Origin: Rhizaria sp. SCN 62-66
Lineage: Eukaryota
NCBI GenBank assembly: GCA_001724265.1
Contig: MEDY01000001.1
Coordinates: 62,001-126,000, forward strand
DNA: 64,000 bases
Direction: 5' to 3'
Positions 40,774-54,005 of this stretch are shown piece after piece. Numbering within the stretch: the stretch's first letter is position 1; each line of letters opens with the position of its first letter. The notes under the pieces are model-generated. The model had not been told where the DNA came from. It searched no databases and saw only the letters and a list, made by a program, of their open reading frames with translations. A program made the position numbers and the translations under genes.

Positions 40774-43700
40774 GCGCGCGCCGGTCTGCCGCGACGTCGG
40801 GCGTGCTTACCGCCGCGCGCGCGCCGCCGCCCGGCTCGGCCATGGCGTCCCCTGTGCTCTCGGCCGCGGGCAGCGCGCCCAGCGACCGCGCCGGGCAGAA
40901 CAACACCAGCGGGCTCAGCAGCAGCATCACGTCGGCCATCGTGTCCCCGCTCGCGGTCGCGCACAGTCACCCCACCGCGGCGTACGCGGCGGCCGCCTTC
41001 GCCGCCACTGGCCTGCGCACTGCTCCCCAGGCCGCCGCTGCGCTGGTGCGCACCGCGGAGCTGCTGCTCGACGCCATCGCCGCCGCGCACGCCGCGCCCG
41101 AAGCCGGCGCGCTCGCCCCCGCGCGCGCCGCGCTCGCCCGCGCCCGCGGCTCCGGCGCTGCGGCCGCGCACGAGCTCGACCGCGCCTTCGCGCTGCTCGC
41201 CGGCGGGTGCCCGCGCTTCCTCCTGCGCGGCGTGCGCGCGACAGTTGGCGCAGTGCCCACCGCGCCCGGCGCCCCCGCCGACGGCGCCGCGATCGTCCCG
41301 GCGCCCGCGCCCGCCGCGCTCGTGCTCGACTACCTCGCTGCCAGCGGACTCGTCGCCGGCGCCGCGGCGTTCACCGCCGCCACCGCCGCCGCCGCAGCCG
41401 CGCCACACCCGAACCTGACGTGGCCGTCCGCGCTGCAGCGCCCCGCCAGCGCGCTGGGCTCCGCGGCGCCAGGTGCTCAGAACGCGCTCCATGCCGCGCT
41501 GCTGCTGGTGCTGCCCGCGCCGGCGCGCGCCGCGCTCACGGCCGCCGCGTTGGCGACGGGCCCGTCTTTCGCGACTGCGCCCGCGGCCGACGCGGCCGAC
41601 GCGCTGCTGGGCTGCTGCTTCGCGCTCAGCCGCGCCGTCGCCGCGGGCGCTTTGACCGCGTCGTCGTCCTCTGGCGCGACGGCTGGGCCCGTGCTGTCCC
41701 CCGCGGCGGCCGCGGCGCTGGCGGTCGCGATCGCGCGCGAGCTCGCTCCCGCGCCGTCGCTGTCGGGCACGTCCTCGGCGTCGGCCAGCAGCAGCTTCGG
41801 CGCCGTGCAGCCGTACTACTACTATGCCAGCTCTTCCTCCGCGCGCGGCTCGCCCCGCGGCATCTCGCCCGGTCTCGCGTACGTCCCTCCGCGCAGCCAG
41901 AGCCGCGGACTGCCCTCCGCCGCCGCCATGGCCGCGCTCGAGGCTGGCGCCGCGGGCCACGAGGCCGCGCGCGCGTTTGCGTCGCCGTGGCTGCGCGCCG
42001 CCACTGCCGTCGCGCCGCCGCAGCCCTCGCCGTCGCCCCCGCTGGCGCAGCAGCAACAGCAGCAGCAGTCTGGCAACACGCTCACCGCGCCCGCGCTCTC
42101 CGGACTCGCAGCCAGCGCCCAGCAACAGCAGCAACAGCAGCAACAGCAGCAGCAGTGGCCCACCAATGTGTCCCCGTCGCCGAACCTGCCCTCCGGCCCG
42201 GCGTCCGCCGCGCTGCTGCCGCTGTTCTCACCACTGTCTCCGGCCGCGCTGGGCTTGCTGCCCAACACGGCCTACCCGGACTCGGCCACCGGCGGCGCCG
42301 CGCGCGGCAGCGTCTTCGCCACGGGCACCGGCGCCGGCGCGGGCGGCCGCTCTAGCTTTATGACCGGCACCTACCAGTCCTCGCCGTACCCTGCGTCCTC
42401 CGCGCCCGGCGCGGCCGCCGCGAACGCCGCTATCCCGCGCTCGCAGGTCAACGGGCCGTACGTGCCGCGCGAGAGCGAGGACGGAGACGACTTCTTCACC
42501 ATGTTCGCCTCCGCGGCCGCTGCCGCCGCGTCTGACGCCGCCGCGCTGTCCTCCGCGTCCGCCGTGGCATCGGCCGCCGCGTCCGCCGCCGTCGCGCAGT
42601 ACTTCCCTACGGCGTCCGCGTGGGCCGGCTGGGCCGCGGCGGTGCTGCCCGCGGTTGCGCTCGCGGCGGGCTGGTCGCGCGACGACCGCGAGCTCTTAGC
42701 CGTTGCCGCGGGCCCCATCATTGTCGCCTCCGCTGCCGCCGTCGCGAGCGCGGGCTCCGCGGCGCACGGCGGCGTGCTTGCACCCGCGCCATCGCCCGGC
42801 ACGGGCCCCGCGCTGCCGCACTACAGCCACTTCCAGGCCGCGCACGCGCAGCATGCCGCGGGGTCCGCCGCCGCGCGCCGCGCCGGCGGCGGCGTGCTCG
42901 GCTTCGGCGCCGTCGACACCAGCAAGCTGGGCGCGGCGGCGGGCGCCGGGGCGGGCTTCGCGCCGCCGTCGCCGACGAGCTTGGCGACCGTGGCGACCGT
43001 GGGCGGAATCGCCAGCAGTTTCACAGTTGGCCGCCGGCTCGTGCTGTCGTCGCGCCGCTCGTCCTTCACCAACGGCACCGAATCCGCTGCGCCGGCGCCC
43101 GTTGCAGCGCCCTTTACTGCGGTCGCTGGTGCGGCTCCCATGAACACAACGCAGGCGCTCAGCGCAGCTGCTGTGGCAGCCTCTGCAAGCGCAGCCGCAG
43201 CCGCAGCGCGCGCCCAGGCACCGTCGCTGCCCTCCGTGGTCTCGGCGCTGCTGCTGCTCGATTCCTACACCTCGGGCCACGCCGTGGCGTCCGCGCGCGT
43301 GGGCGGACTAGCTGCGCCGCGCTTCACCTCGAGCTCTCCCTTAGCGCGCCTCGGCCAGCCCTCGGGCCACGCGCAGGCGCACAGGCATGCGCACGCTCAC
43401 CTGCACGCACAGGGGCCCGGTGCGGCGCCGCGCGCCTTCCAGGCCGACGTGCTGCCGTTTGCACTGCGCTCCGCAGCCGCTTCGGCCGTCGCGCGCGCCG
43501 CTGGTGGGCCTGCGGTCGACACGGACTGGTCCAGCGAGTACTCCGCCGGCAACAACTTTGGCACGCTTTACAGCAACAACAACAACAACAGCTACGGTGG
43601 TTATAATACTGCTAGCAACGGGCCGCCCGCACTGGGTACCACGCGCGTCGTCGTGGCCGCGCTGCCGCCGCGTGCGCCCGCGGCGCCGCTGCCGCCGCTG

Positions 43701-46700
43701 CTGCGCGTGCTGCTCGCGTCGGCGTCACTGCCCACGCTGCACGCCTTCGTCGCGCTCGAGATGTTCTTTAACGCCCCGCCCGTGTCGGCCGCCGCCGTGC
43801 TCTCACCGCGCCTCTCCGCGCTGCTCGCGCCGCGCCGCGCGCGCGTGGCGGCCCTCGAGGCGCGGACCGCCGCCGCCAGCACGGCCAAGCGCGCAGTCGT
43901 CGCAGCCTCCGCGGCCTCTGCGCTCGCGCTCGCCCGCGCGGGCGTCGACCCACGTATCCGCGCCGGCCGCGCCGCAATGCAGGCGTTCTACGCCCAGACC
44001 GCGCCGCTGACCGACGCCGACGCGCGCGCTCTGCTGTCCTCGCTCGTGCCCGGCCGCCGCGCCATCGTGCCGCCGGCGGCGGCTGCAGCTGTGGTGCGCA
44101 CTGAGACGGACCCTGTGGGTGCGCTTGCTGCTCTCTATACCACCGCGATCACTGCCGCGGCTTCCCGCGTCTCCGCCGTCGCCGCCGCCGTGACTGCGGC
44201 TAACGCGAGCGTCGGCGCACGCGGCGTCGAGTCGTCGCCTCCCGCGGGGCCTGGCCAGGCGCCGTGGCCGACGCCGCGCCGCAAGCTCGCAGGGTCTCTC
44301 GCGCCGCCCGGCTCACTGCTCTCGACCGCGTCCACCAGCAACGTGCCACCGCTCACGCTCTCGCAGGAGCCGTCGTTCACCGGCGCTGAGTCTGTTTCGC
44401 CCGCCCCGTCGCTGACGGCGCAGGCGCAGGCACACGCGCTCCCGGCGACCCCGCATGGCCCCGCCACACCGCGCTCTGCCGCGCCGCTGCAGCGCCAGGC
44501 CGCCGCGCCCACAGCCGCGACGCCCACAGCCGCGACGCCCACCAAGCAGCCCGCTGCAGCCGCGCCGCCGAGTGCGATGACGCCCGGCTCGCCGTCGCGG
44601 CCCGCGCCCGCGCGCCCTGCACCGGCGCTCTTGGCCAACGGCGCGTGCTTCGTGCCCGCCCCCACGCTGCAGTTCGCAACCCCCCGGTCCGCTGCTGCCG
44701 CTGCGGCGTCGAACAGCGCGTCCAATACCGCTGCGACCGACTCCACTAGTAGTGAGGAGCCCCGCGGCTCCGGGCTGGGCGCCGCGCTGGCCCACGCCGC
44801 TGCCGCGGCAGCTGCGGCTGCGCTGGACGTGGACACGGACGCCTCGGTGGGCGCGATGACCCCCAGCCGCTCCCACGCTACGGGCACCGCTCTGTCCGCC
44901 GCAGACGCCGCGGTGCAACTCGCTCTGTCGACCGCCGCGCCCACGACCGCGGCCGCCGCGCTGGCGCTGCTGACGGACTCGTGGCATGGCGTGCTAGGCC
45001 GCGACGCCACGCCCGCGCTGCCCCCGACCGCGGCCGCCGTCGTCGCCGCCGCTGAGGCCCTCATGGACACCTATTTCCCGTATGCGGACCTCGCGCGCGC
45101 TGGTGGCCCCACGGCAGCGGAGGCCGCGCTTTCTGCGTTCGCGTCCTGGGACTCTGCTGCGCTGGGCGGAGGCATGTTCTACCCGGACGCTCTCTCGCCC
45201 ACTGCGCTCTCGTCCGAGGCGTCTTTCGCCAACGGCGCCGGCGCCCCGCTGTCGTTCGGCCGCGGCAAGGTCCCCGCGTCGGGCACAGCCGCTGCTGCGG
45301 CGGCGTCCGGCGAAGTACTCTCGCTCAATGCTGCGGCGGCGCGGCTGCAGCTCTCGGCCGAGGCGGCTATCCTCGCCGACGGTGAGCTCGCCTTGCTCGC
45401 CGCCGCGAACGTCGCGCACGGCCCGCTGACGCCCGCCGCCGCCGCCGCAGTCGCCGCGGCCGCGGACAAGCTGGCTGACGCGCTCACGGCGCTTGGCTGC
45501 GCGGTCGCGGGTCCCGGTTTCGCTGCCGCGGCCGTGCTGTCCGCCTCGCCCACCGGATCCCCGCAGACGGGACCGGCCGCTGCGAGCTCTACGCGGGGCG
45601 GCGGCTCGCCCGCCGTGGCGTCGGCCGTACTGTCGCCGGGCCAACTGTCGCCCGCGCTGAGCGGGCTGCAGGGCCGTGTGCCACCGTCGCCGCCGATGGC
45701 GCCGCTGCCGCCCTCGGCCTCGGCCGCGGCTGCGACAGTGCAGGCCGCTACGGTCAAGCTGCAGGACGTCGTCGCGCTCCAGTGGCCGCCGCCCGCGCTC
45801 GCTGCGCTGGCCGCCGCCACGGCATCCTCGGCCTCGGGCGCCGCGTCTGGTGCGGCCGCTGTTGCGTCGCCCGCCTCGCTTGCGTCGCCTAGCTCTGCGG
45901 CGACCGGCAGCAGCACCGGCAACGACGACAGCGCTGCTGGCGGCTCTCCCGCAACGCGCTCTCGCTCCGGCGCCGTCGCCCCGCCGCCGCCCTCCGCGGC
46001 CGCGCTCGCCGCCGGCGCCGCGAGCAGTGCGGACACCGGCATCGACCAGGCCGCCGTCGCGGCCGCGGTGACGTCGGCGACGATGGCCGCCGCGCCGTCG
46101 ACGTCGTCGTCGCTGCCGGGCACCGTCACGTGCATGCTGTTCCACCCCTGGGACCCCGTGCTCGCGGCCGCCGACGACACGGGCGCCCTCGCGTTGTACG
46201 ACATCACGGGTGTGCTCGCGCAGCTCGCCACGGCCGGCGCGGACGCTGCTGCGGGCGCCGGTAGCTCCGCTGGTGAGGACAGCGAGAGCGGTGGCACAAG
46301 CTCCGATGAAGACAACGCCTCCGCGCTTGCCTCCGCCACTGCCGCGGCCAACGCTGCGGGCGTGGAGTTCCCCGCGCCGGCTGCTGTTGCACGCCTGCTG
46401 CGCCGCAAGCGTCGCGCTCGCGCAGGCGCCGCCGCGGCCGCCGCGCGCGACCTGGACCCTTCCAGTCTTGTCGCTAGCGCGAGCGCTAGCGCGAGCGTGG
46501 GCAGCACGGGCAACGAACGCGACCGCCGTGCGCGCCGCCGCGCCCGCCGCGCCGCAGAGGCCGGCAACGACTTCGCCTCGTACGAGCCTTCGCTGTTCGC
46601 AGATGACGCGTCTGCGTACACAGTGGCGGCCGCGGGCGCTCTCTCTCTTGAGGCCGCCGCGCGCGCGCCCGGCTCGTCGTCGTCTTCGTCGCTGGCCTCG

Positions 46701-49700
46701 GCCGCGGCGGCATCGGCCGCGATGCTGGCGGCCACGGCCACCGGCGGGCTGGGCTCCGTCGCCGCGTCCGTCGCGGCTGAGATCGAGGCCATGGGCTACT
46801 ACCCGGGCGCGGGCACGCTGTTCTCCCCGCCCGGTCATTTGGCAGCCGCAGCCGGCGCGGCGGCAATGTGCGACCCCGCGACCGCCGCGATCGCCGACGC
46901 GGCCGCGAGCATGGGCTCGGCGCCCGCGCTCTCGGCCTCCGTCGCGGCCTCTGTCGCCGCCGTCATGGGCGCAACGGTCGGCGGCGCGCTCCCTACCGGC
47001 TCCGGCATGGCGGGCGCCAACGGCGGCGACGGTGACAGCGCCGCCGCCAGCGCGCGCCGCCGCCGCCGCAACCTGGGCCACCTGTCTCTCGCGCCCTACT
47101 GCATGGGCGTCTTCACCAACGCGCCCCGCGTGGGCTCCGCCGCGGCCGCCGTCGTTCCCAGTGTCGTGGGCGGCGCCGGCGGCGAGCCGGGCTCCCCGTT
47201 ATCCCCGCCATCCTACGCGCCTGCGCCCACGATGGCGCCCGGCACGACCTCGGTGGGCGGCGGCGCAGGCGCGGGCGGCGCAGGCGGCGGCAGCGTCGGC
47301 GCTGCGACCGCTGTCACGGCGATGCTCTGGCTCGGCCCCGGCTCTGGCGCCACCGGCAGCAGCGGCGGCTTCTCGCTGTTCGGCAACTCCACCTCACGCT
47401 CGCTGCTCACCACCGGCGCCGCGGACGGCGTCGTGCGCGTGTGGGACGTTGCGCCCATGCTCACCGCCGCGGCTGCCGGCGCGGATGCCGCTGCTGCGGC
47501 CGCGGCGCGCGGCGCGGGCAGCTCCAATGCGCGCGGTACCCGCAGCGGCGGGAGCACCGGCGGAAACAGCAATCGCGCGCGCGTGCGGCCTTCGCTCTTC
47601 GCGGGCGGGCGCGCGGGCGCGAGCGCGGGCGGCGACGCCGCGGCCGGCGCTGGCGAGTCCGCCGGCACTGGCAGCGGCCCGATGCTGGTGACTGCGTTCC
47701 GTGCGATCGGCCCCCGCGTCGCGGTCAACGCGTTCGCCGCGGCCGAGATGAGCGTGACGCTGCCCGGCATGGCTGCCACGGCCGCACGCCACAACCGGCT
47801 GCACTACCACAACACACGTCGCCGCCGCGACGCGCGCGCGCAGGCCGCGCACCTTGCCCCCGCGGCCGGGGCTGCGAAGTCTTACGGCGCGGGCGCGGGC
47901 GCGCATCAGCAGCGCGCGCTGAGCTTCCAGCCCGAGTCTGGCGAGTGGGCGCTGACGCCCTCGCCGTCGCAGCCCATCGCGACCGCGCACTGGGCCACAC
48001 GCGGCGGCGCCAAGCGCCCCGGCGGCCGTGGCCACCCCGAGGACGCCGCCGCGCGCAACGGGCACTTCGGCGGCGCGATTGACGAGGAGGAAGAGGGCGA
48101 CGACGAGGAGGACCGACACCACCACAGGCACCATCTGCGGCACGGCGGGGCGGGCTCCCGCCTTGGCACTGAGGGCGACCGCGAGTTTGTGGGCTCCGAC
48201 GCCGACTCCGCGGATGTGATGAACCGCAGAGGCACCTACACGAGCAGCAGCGACGGCATCATCGTCGCCAACGTGCTGCCTTCCCCGATCTCGCCCGCGC
48301 TCGCCGGCGCATCTGGCAGCGCAGCTGACTCCGCCAACGATGGCGCGCAGCTGTCTTCCGGTGACGGCTCCGCCGCCGCCGCCGCCGCCGCCGCCGGTGC
48401 CGCCGTGGGCGCGATGACTGACGCGCGCATGCGGCCCAGCGAGCTCGCCGCGGCGCAACGCTTCCCGTCCTCGTCCGCCTTCGCGGCGGCCTCTGGCGCT
48501 GGCGCGGGCCCCGGCCGCCGCGCGCTGTCGAGCGCGGCGCTCGTCGCCGCCGCCGCGGCCGCGGGCGGCGTGTCGGGCGTCGCCCCGCGCTGGCAGGAGA
48601 CGCCCGCGGGCGGACTCGTGCGGCTGTCACTGGACGACCCTCGCGTGCGCCTGTCGGTGCCCGCGTCGGCGACGGCCGCGCTCGACGCCACGGCGGCCTG
48701 CTCGCACGCGCCCGACGCGCCCGGCGCGGGGAGCCTGCCGCCGCCCTCGCTGCCGCGGCTGTCGGCGCGCCCGCACTACCTCTACCCGCAGGCGACGTCG
48801 CTCTCATACCAGGCCTACACAGGCCGGCTCTTCGCTTCCGACGGCTCCTCCGCCGTCGCGCTCTGGGACCTCTCGACCGAGGCGTGCGTGGCGCAGGCCG
48901 ATGTCGCCTCGTCTGTCTACACCTCCGACTCGGAGCCCGTGAGCGCATGGGGCAGCGGCGTCGCGCTAGGCCCCGACATGCGGCCCATCTACTCCGTCGG
49001 CTCACATCTCGACCGCATGTCCGCGCAGCGCTCCGCGGGGCCCGCCGGCGTGGCTCTGGGCTCGGGCTGCTACTCGGCGTTCGCGCCCTACGCGTCCCCG
49101 GCCGCGGTCGGCGGCGCGTGCTGCTACACGTCCGCGGGCATCGCGCCCGTGTGCGCGGGCACCGGTGCGCTGTCATCGCTCGCGCGTTCCGTCCCGCTCG
49201 CGCAGCCGGCCTTCGCGCCGGCGGGCCACCCGGTCTACGGCTACCAAGTCACCGCGCTGGCGGGCTTCTCCACGGGCGACATGGCCGTCGCGGGCGGCTC
49301 CGACGGCTCGCTCGCGCTGCTCGACCTGCGTCTGCCGCGCTCAGAGGGCGGCGCCGTCGTCGCCGTCGCCACCCACAACCACGTCGCATACGTGCAGCAG
49401 CTTGAGGGCCGCTTCCTCGCCGCCGCCGCGTCGGCCGCCGCCGCCTCGGGTCGCACCGCCGCGCGCGCTGCGGCCGCCGTTGAGGGCAAGAACACGAAGT
49501 TGCCGCGTCACCAGGTGCAGCAGATGACGCAGAAGCACCAGCTCGATGCCGCAGCGGCGCGCATGCTGTCGGGCCAGCTAGCCTCTTCCGGCGCCGCCGA
49601 CCCTGCGCTGCGCGCCGCCTTCCTCGGCCTCGGCTCCGGCTCTGGCTCGAGTTCGAGTTACGGCATGCCGGACTCGGTGCACGGGCTTTCGCTCGCTGCG

Positions 49701-52700
49701 CCCATCGTGAGCCTCACCGTGCAGGAGCCCGCACAGGCGCCTTGCGCGACGTCTATGGGCGCGGGTGACGCTGCGGCCGCCGCTGCTGCTGCTGCTGCCG
49801 CGGCGGGCGGCATCGGCGGCGACCGCATCGTGTCCGTCGACGCCGCAGGCACCGTGGTCGTAGCGGACCCCCGCGTGCTGTTCTACCACACGGCCGCGCC
49901 GCACGCTGGCCAGACCGCGCCGTCCGCCGGCGCGCCGCTGTGGGGCAGCGCGCCCGCGCCGCAGCCCGCCGCCACGGCGGCGGGCGCCGCCGCGGGCGCG
50001 CTGGCGCGTTACGTGCACACCGGCGCGGGCGGGCTCGACGCGGGCGCGCTGGCCGTCGGGTCCTACGTGCCCTCGGCGACTGCTGAACGCCGCGCGCGCC
50101 GCGGCTACGGACGCGGCGCCGAGCTGCGTGCGCGCGCGCGCGGCGACCCGCTCGCGAGTGACGGCGGCGACGCTTCTGCGTGCGAGTCCGACTCAACGTA
50201 CGCGGTGGTCAACGCGAGCGCGGTGACGGCCGACGGCACGGCGGACGGCGGCAGTGTCAGCGGGAGCGGTCCGCTCAACACGTCGCTCATGGGCGGCGAC
50301 ACCACGTTTGATACGAGCATTGCGCACTCCACAGCAGGAGCTTCGGCTTCTGCAACCGCGGGCAACGCTACCGGTAGCGGCTCCTCCACATCTCCTGTTG
50401 CAACTACTGCTGCGTCTGGCACTGCTGCTAACCCTCAGGCGGATGTTGCTGCCACTGGCGCTGTTGGTGGGTCGAACATGGGCGCGTCAACGCCCGGCGG
50501 TGACACCTTCGACAGCGCCGCTTCCGACGCAGAGGCCGACGCCGGCTCAGCGGGCCCGCGCGCGGTGGCTTGCCCCGACACGCTGTACGCCCAGGCCGCG
50601 GCGCGCTCGATGGGCGTCACCGTCGACGGCGGCTACGCGGCGGCGCTGCTGCAGCGCGACACGATCGCCGCCGCTACGGCTGCCGCGGCCGCCGAGACGG
50701 AGAGTAAGGAGGACGCGGTCGTGTGCGAGCGCATGGTTGTGCCGGCGTCGTTGGTGAACCGCATCTTCAGCGTCTACGGCAGCGACCACCACCGCGCCAC
50801 CGCGCGCGCACACGCCGGCACCGGCTCCGCGCCCGCCGCCCGCGGCTCCACAAGCCAGCAACAACAGCAACAGCAGCAACAGCAGTTGCCGCCCGAGCTC
50901 GCTGCGGCGTCCGCCGCGCTGGCCCGTGTGCGCCGTCTGCAGGCGCACTGCTCCGGCGGCGGCGCTGGTTTCAGCGCGGTCTCCTGCTCGCCCGGCTTCG
51001 CGGCTCCTAATATGGCACTGTCTTCCTCCTGCGGCACCGCGAGGTCTGGCTCTGGCCCAGCGGTTACCGCCGCCTCTGCCCGCGACTCGTCTTCCGGAAG
51101 GTCCCCGTCTGCGATCCTGATGTTGGCGCTTCTGTGGCGCGTCTTCTACACACAGCACGCGACGTCGCTAACCACCACCACGGCCGTCACGAAGTCCAAG
51201 CCGGTGTACTTCGCGCACGCCGCCGGCGCCGAAGCCTCGGTCGCCGCTTCCGCGCTCTCACAGCCGGACTCCGCGGCGGCCGCGGCGGAGCGCTTTGCCA
51301 GTCTGCCCCGCGCGCGCGACGGCTCGTTCACCGCCGGCGCCGGCACGGGCCCGATGTCCTACGGCCCGGGCTCGTACGCACAGCCGCAGTCCTATGCGCC
51401 GCAGTCATACGCGCCTCAGTCGTACGCGGCGCCGTTCCCGGGCCCGCAGTCGCCGCAGTCCTTCTTCCCGCCGTCTCACGCGGTGCCCGGCTCCGTGGTC
51501 GACCCCGTGCCCTCCGCCGCGGTGCCCATCGGCGCCTCCGCCACTGCGGGCGCCGCGGGCGGCTCAGCGCTGCCCAACAGCTCCAGTGGCGGCGGAATCG
51601 GTCACCCGCTTCACCACTCGCACAGCCACAACAATTCGATGAGCATGGGCAACAACAACAGCGCCGGCGCGAGCGCGGCCCCCGTTGGCGGTTTCTCCAG
51701 CGTCTCGCGCGACTCGGGCAGCCACAGTGGGATGCCGTTCGCCACGGCCGCGTCGCCCGCGTTCGCACACTGGCCCGGCGCGGCGTCTCCGGCCCCCATG
51801 GGCGGCGCGTTCCCGGGCAGCATGTCGCAGCGCAACGGCCCCGCGCCCGGCAGCGCGAGCGGCGGCGCGCAGTGGTCCGCGCTGGCGCTGCCGCCGCATC
51901 AGCAGCAGTTCCAACAACAGTACCAGCAGTACCAGCAGGGCACCACCGCGTCGCAGGCGCCGAGCCAGTACCACGGCCACGCGGCGCAGTCCGCGTCGTC
52001 CTTCACGCCTACGGGCGCGGGCTCCGCGGGCGCGCTGATGGGCGCCAGCACCGCGCCCGGCGACGGCGCGTTCTACCATGGCGCTCCGCCGTTTATGTCG
52101 GCCACAGCGATGACGGCGTCGGACGCCGCGCCCGTGGTGGGCTTCTGCCGCGTCCGCACGCGCACGCGCATGGTGCTGCCGCGCCCGCGCGTCGTCGTGG
52201 CCGTCTCGGCGACGAAGCCGCTGCTGTACGTCGGCCACGCGCTGCACACGCACACGCTCACCACGGTTGCCAGCACAATCGAGCCCGTTGTGCTGACCGC
52301 GGCCAACGCTAACGCCGCTGCGCCCGCCGCCAACGCCGCCACTGCCGCACAGGGTAAGCTCGCCAGCGCCAAGAGCAAGACCAAGACGTTCGTGCAGGCG
52401 CTCTTCGGTCTGCGCAGCTCGTCTTCGGCCTCGGACGCGCAGAACGCCGCCGCCGCGCAGGCCGCCGCGGCCGCCATCTCCGCCGCGCTGGCCGCGCTGC
52501 CGCCCGCGGTGGTGCTGGGCGAATTACTCCCGCTGCTGCCCGCGCCCGCGCTCTCCCGCGTGACGCTGCGGCTGATCGCGTGCGCGTCAACGCGCGCGCT
52601 CGCCGCCACGGCCGCGATAGCGCCGCCGCCCGCCGCCGCGCTGCCCGCGGGCGCGTCCCCGGCCGCCGCTTCGGCCGCCTTTGCCGCCGTGGGCGCGCAA

Positions 52701-53678
52701 GCGGCGACGGTGACGCTGGCCGATGTGCTGTCGGGCGTGACGGCCGTGGCGCCGCTCAGCGCGCTGCCATGGTGGGTCGCACAGCTCTCGCCCTACTTCG
52801 CGCAGCCCTCCGCCGCGTCCGCCGCGGCCGGTGGCGCGGGCGCCGGCGCGGTCGTGCTGCCGACGCTGACGGTGATGGACTTCGCGGGTCACACGCTCAC
52901 GCCGCACGCTGCTGCGGACGCGGAGGCCGCGTCAACGGACATCGCCGCCGCCGCTGCGGGCGCAGCGCCCTCGGCCTCGGCGTCTTCCGCCGCCGCCGCC
53001 GCCGCAGCTGCCTCACAACGCACGGGGCTTGTCGGCGCGACTACCGCGTCCTCTGGACTCCTGCGCGTGCCTGCGCCGCATATGGCCGCCGCGGCGCCCG
53101 CGAACCAGCAGCCCGGCGCCCCCGGAGCCTCGGGCTCCGGCGCCGGCGTTGGCGCTGGTGCTGGGTCCGGCTCGTCCAGCTCTGCCTCGGCCACTGCCGC
53201 CGTGTCCGCGTCGGCGCTGGTGGCCGCGCTGGACGGCGTGCAGAGCCAGTGGCGCGCGGTCTACGAGGCCGTGCTCGCGCTCGCTACCACGCGCGCGCGC
53301 GAGGGCCACTCCGCCTCGTCCCCCGCCTCGGCCTCGGCGTTCGGCGGCGCAGGCCAGCCGGCGGCGACTGACAGCGGTTGCACGAGTGGTGGCGGCGGGT
53401 GCTGCGGCGGGTCGGCGTGCGAGGACTGCGCGTTTCTGGAGCTGCTCGCGCGCATCGGCCTCCCGCCGCTGCCGTGGGCGAGCCCGTCCCCGGCCAGCGC
53501 TGAGCTGACGCCCTGGTGCCCGCCGTGGGCAGCCGCGCACGACCGCGTGACTGTGAGCGGCGTGACTGCGCTCGCGGTGCACCCGCACGCGAATATCGTC
53601 GCCACGGCCGTGACGAATGTCGCCGCGACCGGGCAGACGCAGGCCGGGCACATCGTGCTCTCGCTCCAGCTCACGTGA
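30162..53678 (+). CDS. RPTOR: Giant Raptor/KOG1 (TORC1 scaffold) homologue, 7838 aa, single ORF
   Basis: RNC blocks [114 protein letters not shown]/ARM blocks LPVMLQLLLATAHRRKAL..GAWAVDVAISIGVLPYVRRLLQ, PQVRATAVWALGTF, DGSSLVRQE. WD40 blocks FHPWDPVLAAAD, LLTTGAADGVVRVW, VTALAVHPHANIVA. All occur in canonical order. Stop TGA. Confidence 0.93.
40716..40772 (+). repeat. (AGC)n microsatellite encoding poly-Ser inside Raptor
   Basis: AGC AGT followed by 17 perfect AGC units (40722-40772). Confidence 0.9.
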
Positions 53679-54005
53679 ACGTGCAGCTGCGAAAGTGCTT
53701 AAAGCCAATAGTGGTTTCACGCATCATGCGTTCGCAATCACAAACCAGATTTGTACCATTTTATAATTTGTTAACTAATTACTACGCCATGTGAATTTTT
53801 GTATATTTGCTATATGTTCAACCCCGAGTTATCCAATACAACTAGTCAATTCCATCGACACGTTAATTTCTTAATAATTTCTGGATTCCCTATTTGGCCC
53901 AGTCATGACCTTGCTCAATTACTCGTGAGAAAACAAATTATCAGGTATCTGTCACATCACGGCCCGCTATGGCACACATCTAGCTCGTTAGACTGATACT
54001 TCACT

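Noticed and set aside
18000-47081. Many long overlapping or antisense ORFs (e.g. 18000..20219, 40632..42143, 44994..47081)
   Set aside because: Expected from stop-poor, very GC-rich Ala codons; the translations are R/A/G/P-rich with no domain motifs.
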